Shown: piece after piece, positions 34,753-45,132 of the stretch
How positions within the stretch are numbered: position 1 is the first letter of the stretch
Layout of the letters: every line of letters starts with the position of its first letter
From: a virus
Lineage: Duplodnaviria > Caudoviricetes
IMG/VR virus record: IMGVR_UViG_3300023283_000169
Location: 1-45,244 of that record
Direction: 5' to 3' (one strand)
Length of the DNA stretch: 45,244 nucleotides
Made by a program: the position numbers and the translations under genes
Notes under the pieces: generated by a model
The model's database searches: none
What the model was told of the DNA's origin: nothing
What the model saw: the letters and a program-made list of their open reading frames with translations, nothing else

Positions 34753-35187
34753 ATGGGCAAGTTCTCGTCCTTCGGGACGCAGCTGACCATCGGCGATGCC
34801 GCGACGCCCACCGAGGCGTTCACGGTGGTGGCCGGGGTCCAGGACATCAGCGGTCCGGGGTTCACCACGGACATCATCGAGGTGACCGCTCACGACTCGC
34901 CGAACGCGTTCGAGGAGTTCGTGGCGGGGATCAAGAGAAGCGGAGAGGTGACGTTCGACCTCGCCCTCGATCCTGCCGACGCGACGCACGATGAGACGAC
35001 GGGACTGTTCGCGTTCTGGCAGGACCGGCTGGCGCACAACATGCAGCTGATCTGGCCGTTCCTGTCGCCGTCGCGACAGATGGACTTCGCCGGGATCGTG
35101 ATCGGGTTCGAGTACACAGCCCCGGTCAGCGGGTTCCTCGGCGCGTCGATCACGATCAAGCCGACCGGAGAGCCGGTCTTCACGTAA
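34753..35187 (+). CDS. Major tail tube protein
   Basis: ISGPG.T.D.IEVT.HDS....EF.AG....GEVTF; ITIKPTGEP. Confidence 0.9.
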   Translation: MGKFSSFGTQLTIGDAATPTEAFTVVAGVQDISGPGFTTDIIEVTAHDSPNAFEEFVAGIKRSGEVTFDLALDPADATHDETTGLFAFWQDRLAHNMQLIWPFLSPSRQMDFAGIVIGFEYTAPVSGFLGASITIKPTGEPVFT

Positions 35188-35204
35188 GCGAGAGGAGGAA
35201 TGGG

Positions 35205-35627
35205 GTGAGCAACAACCCGACAGCGCCCCGGATCGACATCGAGCTCGGCGGCAAGACGCGAACGCTGCTGCTCGACTTCAACGCCCTTGCGGACTTCGAG
35301 GAAGCCACGGGCGTGAACGTTCTGCAGACGGGCTTCGACGAGTTCGGCGCAAGGCACATGCGGGCCCTGATCTGGGCCGGGCTGCTCCACGAGGAGCCGG
35401 ACGTCACGATCCGGCAGGTGGGATCGTGGCTGAGCGGCGCGAACATGAAGTCGATCATGGAGTCCGTGGAGAGGGCCACGAAGGACCACATCAGCGAAGA
35501 GACGGCGGTCGAGATGCCGGTGGGACCCGAGGGTCGCCCTACCGGGCCGGAGGAACCGGCAGAACCGGATGGAAGGGCGCCGACTGGTTCACCGTCTGGA
35601 GCATCGGTCGAATCGACCTTGGACTGA
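35205..35627 (+). CDS. Tail assembly chaperone (gpG-like)
   Basis: IELGGK.R.L..DFNAL..FEE..G; between tube and tape measure. Confidence 0.85.
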   Translation: MSNNPTAPRIDIELGGKTRTLLLDFNALADFEEATGVNVLQTGFDEFGARHMRALIWAGLLHEEPDVTIRQVGSWLSGANMKSIMESVERATKDHISEETAVEMPVGPEGRPTGPEEPAEPDGRAPTGSPSGASVESTLD

Positions 35628-35896
35628 CGGAGCAGGAGTTCTGGAAGACCACACCGCGCCAGTTCCGGTCCATGGTGGACCGGATGCTGGCGACACGTCG
35701 AGCGGAAGACAGGAGGGCCGCGACCATCTGCGCCACGATCCTGAACGCGGCCCCGTTCCGCAAGAAGCACCGGACCTTCAAGGCCGACGACTTCTTGAAG
35801 CGAGAGGCGCCGTCGGGCCCCCAGCCTGACGCGGTCCTACTGCACAAGGCGAAAATGTGGGCGGCTTGGCTGAGCGCCGGGAGGCGTAGTGGCTGA
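35540..35896 (+). CDS. Tail assembly chaperone C-terminal extension (gpT-like, -1 frame; start approximate)
   Basis: LGLTEQEFWKTTPRQF motif in overlapping -1 frame; no own RBS/start seen. Confidence 0.7.
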   Translation, partial: YRAGGTGRTGWKGADWFTVWSIGRIDLGLTEQEFWKTTPRQFRSMVDRMLATRRAEDRRAATICATILNAAPFRKKHRTFKADDFLKREAPSGPQPDAVLLHKAKMWAAWLSAGRRSG

Positions 35897-38800
35897 CAAG
35901 AACATCCTCGTCCGGGTGCTGGGGGACACGAGCGACCTGCAGCAGAAGCTGCGGGCCGCCGGGTCCGACCTGAAAGACGTCGGAGCCAACTTCCAGCAGG
36001 TCGGCTCGGCGATGACGCAGGTGGGGACGCGGATGACCGCCGCGATCACGGTCCCGATCCTGGGCGTGGCCGGAGCGGCGACGAAGATGGGCGCCGACTT
36101 CGAGTCGACGATGACGCAGATCAATACGCTGGTCGGCGTCAACCAGGACCAGGTGAAGTCGTGGAGTCGGGACCTGCTCAAGCTGGGCCCCGAGGTCGGG
36201 AAGTCGCCGAGGGAGCTCGCCGAGGCGCTGTTCTTCGTCACGTCCGCCGGTCTCCGGGGCCAGGAGGCGATCGACACGTTGACGTTCTCGGCGCAGGCCA
36301 GTGCGGTCGGGCTCGGGGAGACGAAGACGGTCGCCGACGCGGTGACGTCGGCCATGAACGCCTACGGTCCGGCGGTCCTCGACGCCGAGAAGGCGACCAA
36401 CATCCTGATCGCCACCGTCCGGGAAGGAAAGACGGAGCCCGAGGACCTCGCCAGCTCGCTCGGCAGGGTCATCCCGCTGGCGAGCCAGATGGGCATCACG
36501 TTCGGCGAGGTCGGTGGCTTCATCGCCACCTTCACGAGGCTCGGTGTGAGCTCACGAGAAGCGGTAACGGGTCTCCGTGCCGCCCTGACGGCGTTCAACA
36601 AGCCGACCCAGGAAGGAATCGACCTCGCCCGCGAGCTCGGGTTCTCGTTCGAGGACCTGCGGCGGAAAGCCGGCGAGGAGGGCCTGGCGAAGACGCTGAT
36701 CGATCTGTTCAACGTGGTCGAGGGCGACACGGAAAAGCTCGTCACGCTGATCCCGCAGGTGCAGGGCCTCACGGGTGTCATGGCGACGGCGGGCGCCCAG
36801 GCCGAGACGTTCAAGGAGATCGAGGCGTCGGTCGGCGGGGAAACGGAGGCGCTCGGCCAGGGCTTCGCTACGACGAGCGAGATCATCACCCAGGCGTGGA
36901 ACAGGATCAAAGCCAGTTTCGAGTCCGGGTTCATCCTGATCTTCGAGGGGATCCGACCGGTCATCGCCCAGGTGACGAAACTGGGGGAGATCGCGGGGCA
37001 GGTTTTCATCAGAATCGCGGAGGGGTTTGCGAACCTGCCCGAAGGGGTGCGGTTCGCGATCGTGGCGCTGGCCGGGCTCCTCGCGGCGATCGGTCCCGTG
37101 GTGACCGTGGCCGGTGTTCTGCTGACGACGATCGGCGCGGTGATCGGCGCGTTCGCGGTCTTCTCGACCGCGGCGGCGGGGGCTGTTCTGCCGGCGATCC
37201 TCGCTCTGGGGGTCACGGTCGGGTTGGTCGTGGCGAAGGTGGCGCTGTTGGCGGGCGCGTTCATTCTGGCGTGGAAGAGGAGCGAGGAGTTCCGTACGCG
37301 CGTCAAGGAGCTGATCGACGAGCTCAAGGAGACGGCGGGACCCGCGATCCGGGACATCACCGAGCTGATGGGCGCCGTGTTCGAGAAGGTGAAGGCGCTG
37401 TGGGAGTTCATCTCGCCGCAGGTCATCGGCGTGGTGACCGCGATGTTCGAGCTCATCATCGGGCGTGTGGTGAACATGGGGAAGATCGTCATCAATGCGG
37501 TGGCCCTGATCGTGAACATCCTGCAGGGGGACTGGGACGAGGCGTGGCAGAACATCCTGGGGATCCTGACCGGGGTGCTGGACCTGGTGGTCGGTGCCGT
37601 GAAGGCCACGCTGAAGCTGATCGAGAACGTGGTGGTGCTCGGGCTGAAGGCGCTCGCCGCGCTCGTCTTTGAGGGCGTGAAGCAAATCCTCCGACCGTTC
37701 GCGTGGCTCAAGGACCAGCTGGTCGACAACTCGATCATCCCGGAGATGGTCGACGCGGTCGGCGAGCAGTTCGAGATCATGCGGGACAAGGCGATCGAGG
37801 AGTCGAAAAAGCTGGCGGCGGGCGTCGAAATCGCGATCCGGGGCGTGCGGCGATCGTTCGAGCAGATGGTTCAGGACGGGCGCCCGGCGATCGAGCAGCT
37901 GGCCGAGGCGTTCGACCGGGCGACGAAGAACATGGCGAGCGGCGTGGGCAACGTGGTGAACAAGGTCGCCGAGTTCTCGGCGATGAGGGGTAGCCTGACG
38001 GAGATCGGCGAGGCGTTCGAGGTGGTGGGCCGGAGCGTGAAGGCGAACGTGACGGACCTCGCGGTGACCGGCTTCAACGCCCTGCGGAAAGCGATGGTCG
38101 AGGGGGTGGCCCAGGCGGAGGAGACGAAGGATGGGCTCTCCGAGCTCGGCGACGAGATCGACGATGGGCGCAAGCAGGTCGCGCAGTACATCGAGGCGCT
38201 GGAGGACACGGCGGCGACGCTGGGCCTGACCGCTGACGAGGCCGACGACTATCGGCTCGCCGTGGACGGCGCGACGCGGGCCGAGATCGAGCACGTGAGG
38301 TCGCTGAGGACGGTGATCCAGGGCTACGAGACCGTCGAGAACAGGATCGAGGAGGCGAAGAAAGACCTGGAGGCGTGGAGGAAGTCCACGGTCGGCGCTA
38401 CAGGCGAGTTCGACGACCTGAAGGGGGTCATGGTCGAGGTCGAAGTCACGATGGACGACGTGGCCGAATCTGCCGCGCATTCGGGCTCCGTGTTCAAGGA
38501 CCTGGACGCGATCACGCAGGGGGCCCTATCCAGCATCGGAGACTCGATCGGTGATCTGAGGTCGCTCGTGAGCGACGCGTTCTCGTCGAGCGGGCAGGGG
38601 ATTCTGAAAACGATCACCGGGTTCGGAGCATCCCTCGCGGCGATGGCCGGCCCGGCGGGCGTGATTTTCAATGCCGTACAGAGCATCGGGAATCTGTTCG
38701 GGATCGACCTGTTCGGTGCGGTGATGAGCGCCCTGAAGAAGATCGGGAGCGCGGTCGGCGGGTTCTTCAAGCGGCTGTTCGGTGGCGGAGACGACCTGAA

Positions 38801-39422
38801 GGGGACCCTGGGCCTGGAGGGCGGGCTGGAAGAGGAGGACATCGTCCGGGTCCAGAGGACGCTGGACCGGAACAGGGACGAGCCGTTCGGTCAGCTGTCC
38901 GACCTGTTGGAGAGGTTGGGCTTGAGCGAAGAGGACCGCACGCTGTTCCTGGCGGAGAAGCTCGCCGAGGGGACGGCGCTCGGGCTGGAGGGCGAGGACA
39001 GCAGGCAGTTCTTCCGGGACGTCATCGAGCAGATCCTGGAGGGCAGAAAGTTCGGAGAGAGGGGCCTGAACGAGATTCTGGGCAAGGTGTTGGACGAGTT
39101 CTTCGTGCCGCCCGAGAAGACGCTGGACGAGCGGATCGACGACTTTTTCGACCGGCAGTTCACGGAGCGTGGTATCGGGCCCGGCACGCCCACAGGTGAC
39201 GGGTCGAACCTGATGTCGTCGCTATCCGCAGACCTGGGTCTCGACGTCGCCGTTGATCCCAGTGTTGCGCTTCGGGTCGAGGTGGAAGGGAAAGAAGTGG
39301 CGAGCGAGATCCCGATTGACCTCACCGGCGTAGTGAACCTCGACGGGCGAAAGGTCGGGGACATGATCGGCAGAAGGATGATCGCAGACGTGTACACGAG
39401 CATTGGACAGATAAACAAGTGA
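35889..39422 (+). CDS. Tape measure protein (TP901-like)
   Basis: 1177 aa; G..MT..IT.PI.G, DFESTM, helical repeats, central hydrophobic region. Confidence 0.95.
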   Translation: MADKNILVRVLGDTSDLQQKLRAAGSDLKDVGANFQQVGSAMTQVGTRMTAAITVPILGVAGAATKMGADFESTMTQINTLVGVNQDQVKSWSRDLLKLGPEVGKSPRELAEALFFVTSAGLRGQEAIDTLTFSAQASAVGLGETKTVADAVTSAMNAYGPAVLDAEKATNILIATVREGKTEPEDLASSLGRVIPLASQMGITFGEVGGFIATFTRLGVSSREAVTGLRAALTAFNKPTQEGIDLARELGFSFEDLRRKAGEEGLAKTLIDLFNVVEGDTEKLVTLIPQVQGLTGVMATAGAQAETFKEIEASVGGETEALGQGFATTSEIITQAWNRIKASFESGFILIFEGIRPVIAQVTKLGEIAGQVFIRIAEGFANLPEGVRFAIVALAGLLAAIGPVVTVAGVLLTTIGAVIGAFAVFSTAAAGAVLPAILALGVTVGLVVAKVALLAGAFILAWKRSEEFRTRVKELIDELKETAGPAIRDITELMGAVFEKVKALWEFISPQVIGVVTAMFELIIGRVVNMGKIVINAVALIVNILQGDWDEAWQNILGILTGVLDLVVGAVKATLKLIENVVVLGLKALAALVFEGVKQILRPFAWLKDQLVDNSIIPEMVDAVGEQFEIMRDKAIEESKKLAAGVEIAIRGVRRSFEQMVQDGRPAIEQLAEAFDRATKNMASGVGNVVNKVAEFSAMRGSLTEIGEAFEVVGRSVKANVTDLAVTGFNALRKAMVEGVAQAEETKDGLSELGDEIDDGRKQVAQYIEALEDTAATLGLTADEADDYRLAVDGATRAEIEHVRSLRTVIQGYETVENRIEEAKKDLEAWRKSTVGATGEFDDLKGVMVEVEVTMDDVAESAAHSGSVFKDLDAITQGALSSIGDSIGDLRSLVSDAFSSSGQGILKTITGFGASLAAMAGPAGVIFNAVQSIGNLFGIDLFGAVMSALKKIGSAVGGFFKRLFGGGDDLKGTLGLEGGLEEEDIVRVQRTLDRNRDEPFGQLSDLLERLGLSEEDRTLFLAEKLAEGTALGLEGEDSRQFFRDVIEQILEGRKFGERGLNEILGKVLDEFFVPPEKTLDERIDDFFDRQFTERGIGPGTPTGDGSNLMSSLSADLGLDVAVDPSVALRVEVEGKEVASEIPIDLTGVVNLDGRKVGDMIGRRMIADVYTSIGQINK

Positions 39423-41983
39423 GCACGATCCAGGTAACCGTGGGGGGGCAGGCCGTATCATACACGCCGGGATCGCTCCGCATCGACCGCAGGGTGAACA
39501 GTCGTTCGACGGGTTCGTTCCGGGCGACCGTGCGGGGCGCGAACGTGTTCGAGTACAGGAACCCGGTCCACGTCTCGGTTGGCGCGAGGACTCTCTTCGA
39601 CGGGTGGCTCGACGCGATCGAGGAAGAGGCGTGGGAGGTCGTCGGCGGGGTGACCGAGGGCCGGTTCCTCTCGATCGACATGGTGGACCACCACTACCTC
39701 GCGGACAAGAGGACGGTGACGGGGGAGTGGGAAGACATGCTGGCGGGAGACATCGTGCGTGGCCTGCTGGCCAGCATCCTGCAGTTCGAGGGCGTGACGG
39801 AAGCGACGATCGAAGACGGGCTGCTGATCGAGCGGTATGTAGCAGACCACCGGCCCGTCAGCGACGTGATCGACGACCTGGCGGGGATGAGCGGGCTGAT
39901 CGCCTTCATCGACTTCAGCAGGGGGCTGCACTTCCGTCGCCGGGACCTCGTCCCGTCGTCCGTGGTCGCAGTCGGATCCGGGATGATCCGTGGGTCGGTG
40001 AAGGTCCGGAGACGGAACCCGTCGTACCGTAATAAGCAGCACGTCGTGGGGGCCGACAAGTCGACAGAAGACCTTGGACGGAAGGCGATGACCGACGGAG
40101 AGCGGGCGAAGTGGGGTGCTTCCGGCCAGCCCGATCTGTGGGGCGCCTTCGAAGACCCGGCCACGAGCACGAAGTACGGCCATCGGTACGAATACACGAT
40201 CGGGTCGAAAGCGTGGAAATCGATCGAGAGCATCGAGGAGACGGACAACCCGGCTGGCTCTGAAAACCGCCAGCGAATGACGTTCGCCGCCGACACGGAG
40301 GTACCGCTCCCGGATGCCGATTGGTACTTCGAGCGGCTAGGGAACGTGATCTGGAGGAACCCGCTCCGCGCCGATCCGACGTTGCCGTATTTCGTAATCC
40401 GGGGAAAGCAGCTCGGTGCCGGATCGACGAACGTGGTTGGATCCGGGGGCGTAAACGACCAGACGTTCTCTGGCAACGGATCGAAGCGGCAGTGGGACAC
40501 GATCAGGCCGTTCGGTGACGTCGAGGTGCCGAGGGTCGAGGTGTTTCGGGACTCCACCAGCGAGTGGACGGTCCAGACGGTCGCCAAGGAGGGTTCGGGC
40601 GAGACCGCCCAGTTCTTCTACGTGCCGTTCGTGAACGTGTTCAGGCAGGACGACGGGGAGACGGTTCTCGGCCTCGCGGACAAGGTTCGGGTGCGGTGGA
40701 TTGAGGAGATGGTGGTGGACGCGGTGTTCACGGACGCCGACGAGATCGCACGGCAGAGGGCGAGGGAGGGTGGAACGACGACCGGGATTGTGGAGGCGGT
40801 GTCGAGCGACTTCGCGGCGGAGACGCTGGGCGAGCTCACTCGGATCGGCCTCGGCGAGCTGAACAAGTGGAGCCACGACACGGTCGAAGTGGAGTACCAG
40901 ACCTGGGACTCGTCCGTGGTGGAGGGTGAGGCGCTGACAATCGACTTGCCGTGGTACGGGATCAGCATGGAGACGTTCCTGGTCGACTGGGTGAGGATGG
41001 AAGACTCTGGTGCGGACGGGGACTTGGACACGAAAGGTGGCCCAGTCCTGATGACGGTCTCGGCAGTGAGGAGCCCCGTGGACGCGGAGCTCGGCGGGGC
41101 ATTCGGGCGCAGCGCGAACCCGGCGACGTTTCCCGACCTGTTCAAGCAGCTCAACGACCCGATTCGGTTGCGGCGCCCGATCGAAGACATTCTGATCATG
41201 GACGTCACGCCGGGGATCGCCGAGGTGAAGATGATCGCCACGGCGACGATGCTTGGAATCGCCACCGTCGAGGCGTCCTCGATCCAGACGCCTGAGCAGC
41301 TGGGGGCGAGGATCTGGGTCGAAGGTGACGACCTCGCGTCTGGCGGAGTGGGGTCGGGAGACGAATGGCCGAGTAGGGTCACGCACGCCGGGGCCCCGGC
41401 GGGGACGACGTCGAAGATGTTCGGTAGCGACACGGTCGTCGAAGACAGCGTTCTGAACGGGCACAACGTCGTCGACTATCCGTCGTGGGATAGCGAGGGC
41501 GGGCACTCGTGGCACGAGTCATGGTTCGACGACGGGGCGGGAGGCTTCACGAGCGACGAGTGGCCGAACGGCCCCACGACGATCATCCTTGTCGCGCGGG
41601 TCGACTTCGATCCTTCGTTCGCCGCTGATGCGTTTCTTGCGTTTACGAACGACGTGTGGATCGAGCTGAACGATGATCTGCCCCGGTGGGACGCCTACGA
41701 TGTAGACGTGACGAGGATCAGCGAGCTGGCGGGGCCGGGGCTCGACCAGTGGGCACTGTTCACCGTGATCCACACAGGTGGTGCCGGGAGCTCCTTCCGG
41801 ATCGACGCGGTGGAGATCGGGACGGCGACCTGGGTCAACAACACGGTCACCGACAGGTTGCAGATCGGCAACTTCGACACCTATGGAGGCCAGATCGCCG
41901 CGATGGCGGCGTGGGACTCGGCGCTCGCGGGGCAGGACCTGATCGACGCGGAGGCGTACTTCCAGGACCGGTTCGCGCTGTAG
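39419..41983 (+). CDS. Tail tip/hub protein with C-terminal LamG-like domain
   Basis: Follows TMP; ID....LHF motif; C-terminal IGN...YGGQIA....WDSAL.......YF..RF. Confidence 0.75.
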   Translation: MSTIQVTVGGQAVSYTPGSLRIDRRVNSRSTGSFRATVRGANVFEYRNPVHVSVGARTLFDGWLDAIEEEAWEVVGGVTEGRFLSIDMVDHHYLADKRTVTGEWEDMLAGDIVRGLLASILQFEGVTEATIEDGLLIERYVADHRPVSDVIDDLAGMSGLIAFIDFSRGLHFRRRDLVPSSVVAVGSGMIRGSVKVRRRNPSYRNKQHVVGADKSTEDLGRKAMTDGERAKWGASGQPDLWGAFEDPATSTKYGHRYEYTIGSKAWKSIESIEETDNPAGSENRQRMTFAADTEVPLPDADWYFERLGNVIWRNPLRADPTLPYFVIRGKQLGAGSTNVVGSGGVNDQTFSGNGSKRQWDTIRPFGDVEVPRVEVFRDSTSEWTVQTVAKEGSGETAQFFYVPFVNVFRQDDGETVLGLADKVRVRWIEEMVVDAVFTDADEIARQRAREGGTTTGIVEAVSSDFAAETLGELTRIGLGELNKWSHDTVEVEYQTWDSSVVEGEALTIDLPWYGISMETFLVDWVRMEDSGADGDLDTKGGPVLMTVSAVRSPVDAELGGAFGRSANPATFPDLFKQLNDPIRLRRPIEDILIMDVTPGIAEVKMIATATMLGIATVEASSIQTPEQLGARIWVEGDDLASGGVGSGDEWPSRVTHAGAPAGTTSKMFGSDTVVEDSVLNGHNVVDYPSWDSEGGHSWHESWFDDGAGGFTSDEWPNGPTTIILVARVDFDPSFAADAFLAFTNDVWIELNDDLPRWDAYDVDVTRISELAGPGLDQWALFTVIHTGGAGSSFRIDAVEIGTATWVNNTVTDRLQIGNFDTYGGQIAAMAAWDSALAGQDLIDAEAYFQDRFAL

Positions 41984-42049
41984 AAACTGAGGGGCGAGGA
42001 AGTAGGGCGACACGATGAACGTCAACGTTAGGAGAAGGAGAGGCGAAAG

Positions 42050-42457
42050 ATGAGCGCGTTTTCCAACTTTCTGGAGCAGGGGATCCGGGACCACTTCATG
42101 AGCCGGACACAGCTCGCGCTGCTGGACACGTTCGTGGCGTTGTACACCGACGATCCGACCGATGCCGACGCCGGCACGGAGGTCTCGGGCGGCGCCTACG
42201 CGAGGCAGCAGGTGAATCAGGACGGAGCGACGGCGCCGTTCTGGGCGGCGGTGGGAACGAGCGGGATGGAGAACGATTCGGACGTGACGTTCCCGCAGGC
42301 AACGGCCTCGTGGGGGACGGTTTCGCACGGCGCTCTGCGCGACGCGGTGACCGCCGGGAACCTGCTGTTCCACGGCACGCTGTCGTCGGCCAAGCCCGTG
42401 GGGAACGGGGACACGCTCCGGTTCGCGGCGGGAGCGATCGACGTTTCGTTCGACTAA
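42050..42457 (+). CDS. Virion structural protein (tail-associated)
   Basis: S.FLE, VALYT.DP.D...GTEVSGGAYARQ, FPQATASWGTV, GNLLF. Confidence 0.85.
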   Translation: MSAFSNFLEQGIRDHFMSRTQLALLDTFVALYTDDPTDADAGTEVSGGAYARQQVNQDGATAPFWAAVGTSGMENDSDVTFPQATASWGTVSHGALRDAVTAGNLLFHGTLSSAKPVGNGDTLRFAAGAIDVSFD

Positions 42458-42481
42458 CCGAAGCGTATCACTCCGGGAGGT

Positions 42482-42829
42482 GTGGTGGTGACGAATGAAG
42501 GCAGAGCGCTCGTGAAGGAGGGGTTCTGGGGCTACCTCATCACCAGCTTTCGTGGGCTGACAGTTCTCGCGACGATGTTCGTGATCGGCCTGACGGCGGG
42601 GCTCGCGCTGGTCGGGTGGTGGACGATTCCCGCTCAGGTACACCTGAACACGGAGAACATCGACATCCTGAACGAGCGGCTGGACACGACGGAAGAGAGG
42701 TCGGCGGCGATCGAGCGAAAGATCGACTACCAGATCTGTTCGCAGTCCCCAAGGCCCAACGCGTACACGCGCTACCTGCTCGGCGTGGACTGCAGCAAGG
42801 TGCCACAGTCCGCTGAGCCCAGCACGTAA
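42482..42829 (+). CDS. Single-TM coiled-coil protein (holin/hemolysin-like candidate)
   Basis: TM followed by short coiled coil; GGGAGG RBS. Confidence 0.6.
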   Translation: MVVTNEGRALVKEGFWGYLITSFRGLTVLATMFVIGLTAGLALVGWWTIPAQVHLNTENIDILNERLDTTEERSAAIERKIDYQICSQSPRPNAYTRYLLGVDCSKVPQSAEPST

Positions 42830-42840
42830 AGGAGGAGGGA

Positions 42841-43788
42841 GTGGTCACAGTCATTGTCGTGTTGACGATCGTTCTGGTCGGGGTCGCGGTGTTCATCGCG
42901 GTGAACAGCCGTGCGGGCCGGTACGACACCGCGGTCGAGTCCGCGTCGCCGGAAGCGGTCCCGTCGACTCACGAACCGTCTGGCAGGCAGATGGAGGCGA
43001 GGATGCTGTCTGTAGAGGACGGGGGAAGCGCGGACCCAGGAGAGGGGTCCGACAGTGACCCGTCCACCGGCCCGGGGCCGGTCGAGCCGACGAAATCGAA
43101 GTCTCGGCTCACGGTCGACGACGAAGCGATGACAGCCACGCTGGAGGTGTGGGGGCTGACGGATGCTGACGACGTGCCGGTCACGGGGTTTCCGGTCCGG
43201 GCCCGGGTCAGGGGGACGACCTTGGCAGAGGGGATCGTCGGGGCCGATGGAAGGTGGTTCGCTGGAGGCATCGAGCTGAAGAAGTGGATGGACAACGGGG
43301 TGATCGTGGTGAAGGTGGGAGGGGTCGAGCTGAAGACCTCGCCCACGATCGTTCTGCCCGGTGACGAGCAGGAGTCACGGCCCGAGACGGACCCGCCGGA
43401 CGGCGTCCTCGTCGTGAACGGCGAGAAGGTCGTATTCGGGACGAGGTCGGTGGTCGGGCCCGTGGAAGACGGATCGATCGTGGAAGTCAGCTACGACATC
43501 ACGCACGACGCCACGGATCTCCGGACGAATCTGCTGATCAGGGGCCATGGCGTGGAGCTCGATCCTACGAGGCCGTCGGTCGACGGAGTGATCTTGGACC
43601 GCCAGCGCCCCGACTACGTTCGGTATCTGGTGGGCCAGCCGCAGACGTTCCACGAGGCCGGCGGAGACAAGGTGCTGTTTCAGGTGCGCGCGGTGGAGCG
43701 CGTCGACAACGACCCCAGGACCGTGAGCGTGGAGCTGCGACCCCCATCCGGAAACATTCTGAGGGCCAGGGTGCGGGTGGGATCATGA
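42841..43788 (+). CDS. Membrane-anchored protein with beta-rich (Ig-like) domains
   Basis: N-terminal TM, S/P/D linker, beta-rich remainder; GGAGGAGG RBS. Confidence 0.7.
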   Translation: MVTVIVVLTIVLVGVAVFIAVNSRAGRYDTAVESASPEAVPSTHEPSGRQMEARMLSVEDGGSADPGEGSDSDPSTGPGPVEPTKSKSRLTVDDEAMTATLEVWGLTDADDVPVTGFPVRARVRGTTLAEGIVGADGRWFAGGIELKKWMDNGVIVVKVGGVELKTSPTIVLPGDEQESRPETDPPDGVLVVNGEKVVFGTRSVVGPVEDGSIVEVSYDITHDATDLRTNLLIRGHGVELDPTRPSVDGVILDRQRPDYVRYLVGQPQTFHEAGGDKVLFQVRAVERVDNDPRTVSVELRPPSGNILRARVRVGS

Positions 43789-44072
43789 GCGCGAGATCCC
43801 AGGCCGTTCGTGTCTTCGCCGCCCTGATGGTGCTGATCGGAGGGTACGGCCTGTCCTGCTGGTACTTCGCGGCGGTGCCGCCGGCATCTGTCTGGCGGAA
43901 CCCGGCCACGGACTTCCTGGTCTGGTCCCCGATGGGATTCGCCGCCGCGCTCCTGGAGAGCTGGTTCGTTTGGGAGGTGTTCTTCCGGAAGTTCCAGGCG
44001 CGAGAGTATCCGGTGCTGAGCGCGGCGGTGTTTGCGAGCGTGATGGTGTTCAACGGGCTGGTGATCGGATGA
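43785..44072 (+). CDS. Three-TM membrane protein (holin candidate)
   Basis: 95 aa with three hydrophobic segments; coupled to endolysin. Confidence 0.6.
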   Translation: MSARSQAVRVFAALMVLIGGYGLSCWYFAAVPPASVWRNPATDFLVWSPMGFAAALLESWFVWEVFFRKFQAREYPVLSAAVFASVMVFNGLVIG

Positions 44073-44755
44073 GTGAAAGCCGTGACCGCGCGGGCCGTAT
44101 CGGAGGGGGTCTGCTGGGATCGATCCTGGAGCTCCTGCTGGGGAAGGACCGCGAACGGTCGGTTCCCATCTGGGTCCGGGTGGTCGTGTTCGTGGTCCTC
44201 GGTGTTGCGAGCCTCGTGCTGTTCAGGATGTCGTTCGGCGCCGAGTTCCCGGACGGATACTGGAAGTGGGGGCGGGAGGTGGTGAAGCAGCAGCAGCGCG
44301 TGTACGGGCTCGCCCACTGGTCGAGCCTGATGCTGGCCCAGGTCGAGCAGGAGTCGGGATGGAGACGATGCCCGACCTCGATCGCCGGGGCTCGCGGGCT
44401 GACGCAGTTCATCCCCTCGACCCAGGTGGCAGTCGAGAGCGCGTCGGGGTTCTTCGGCGACATCTGCGACCCGCTACACGCGGCCCGGCTCCAGGCGTGG
44501 CTGATGAGGGACAACGCGGTCTGGTGCGGCGCCCGGACGAGCGGGTGGCTATCCGTCTGGGCCTGCGCGTTGAGGACGTACAACGGCTCGCGAAGGTCCT
44601 GGGAGCGTGAGTGGGTGGCGTGCGGATCGCCCACGAACACGTTCGACGCGGAGTCGTGCCGCGTGAGGTCCGTCGAGCACCATCGGGAGAACGTAGAATA
44701 CGTGCATCGGATCGTAGCGAGGTGGCCGAAGTACTGGTGGAGGTACGCGCAATGA
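44069..44755 (+). CDS. Lytic transglycosylase (SLT-family) endolysin with N-terminal TM
   Basis: AQVEQESGW, GARGLTQFIPST, YNG, ENVEYV.RI. Confidence 0.9.
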   Translation: MSESRDRAGRIGGGLLGSILELLLGKDRERSVPIWVRVVVFVVLGVASLVLFRMSFGAEFPDGYWKWGREVVKQQQRVYGLAHWSSLMLAQVEQESGWRRCPTSIAGARGLTQFIPSTQVAVESASGFFGDICDPLHAARLQAWLMRDNAVWCGARTSGWLSVWACALRTYNGSRRSWEREWVACGSPTNTFDAESCRVRSVEHHRENVEYVHRIVARWPKYWWRYAQ

Positions 44756-45132
44756 GGTACGAGCGCGTCGAGATCTACGCCGTGAACGTCTGGAGGGCGG
44801 TCGACGTGTTTCTCAACGCTGCGACCTGGGGCGATCGTGGTCAGACGATCAGCGGGAGAGTCGGGGAGAAGGCAAGGCGGGGTCGCCTCTGGGCGAGGGC
44901 CCTGGATCGACTGTTCCTCGGGCACTTCTCGACGACCGTAGAGGAGTCGAGAGGGAAGCAGATCTACGTGTCTTCGCTGGCCGTGTTCTTCGGAGGGGTG
45001 GCGATCCTCGTGGCGGGATACGCCGCCCTGCACTGGCCGGGCGTGACGATGATCGGGTTGATCCTGTATCTCGGCGCCATGTTCGCGGTCGTCGTGGGCG
45101 CCCTGATTCGGAGAGGAGGGAAGTTGCCGTGA
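44752..45132 (+). CDS. Lysis-region membrane protein
   Basis: D..LN....G....TISGR.G motif plus two C-terminal TMs. Confidence 0.7.
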   Translation: MRYERVEIYAVNVWRAVDVFLNAATWGDRGQTISGRVGEKARRGRLWARALDRLFLGHFSTTVEESRGKQIYVSSLAVFFGGVAILVAGYAALHWPGVTMIGLILYLGAMFAVVVGALIRRGGKLP

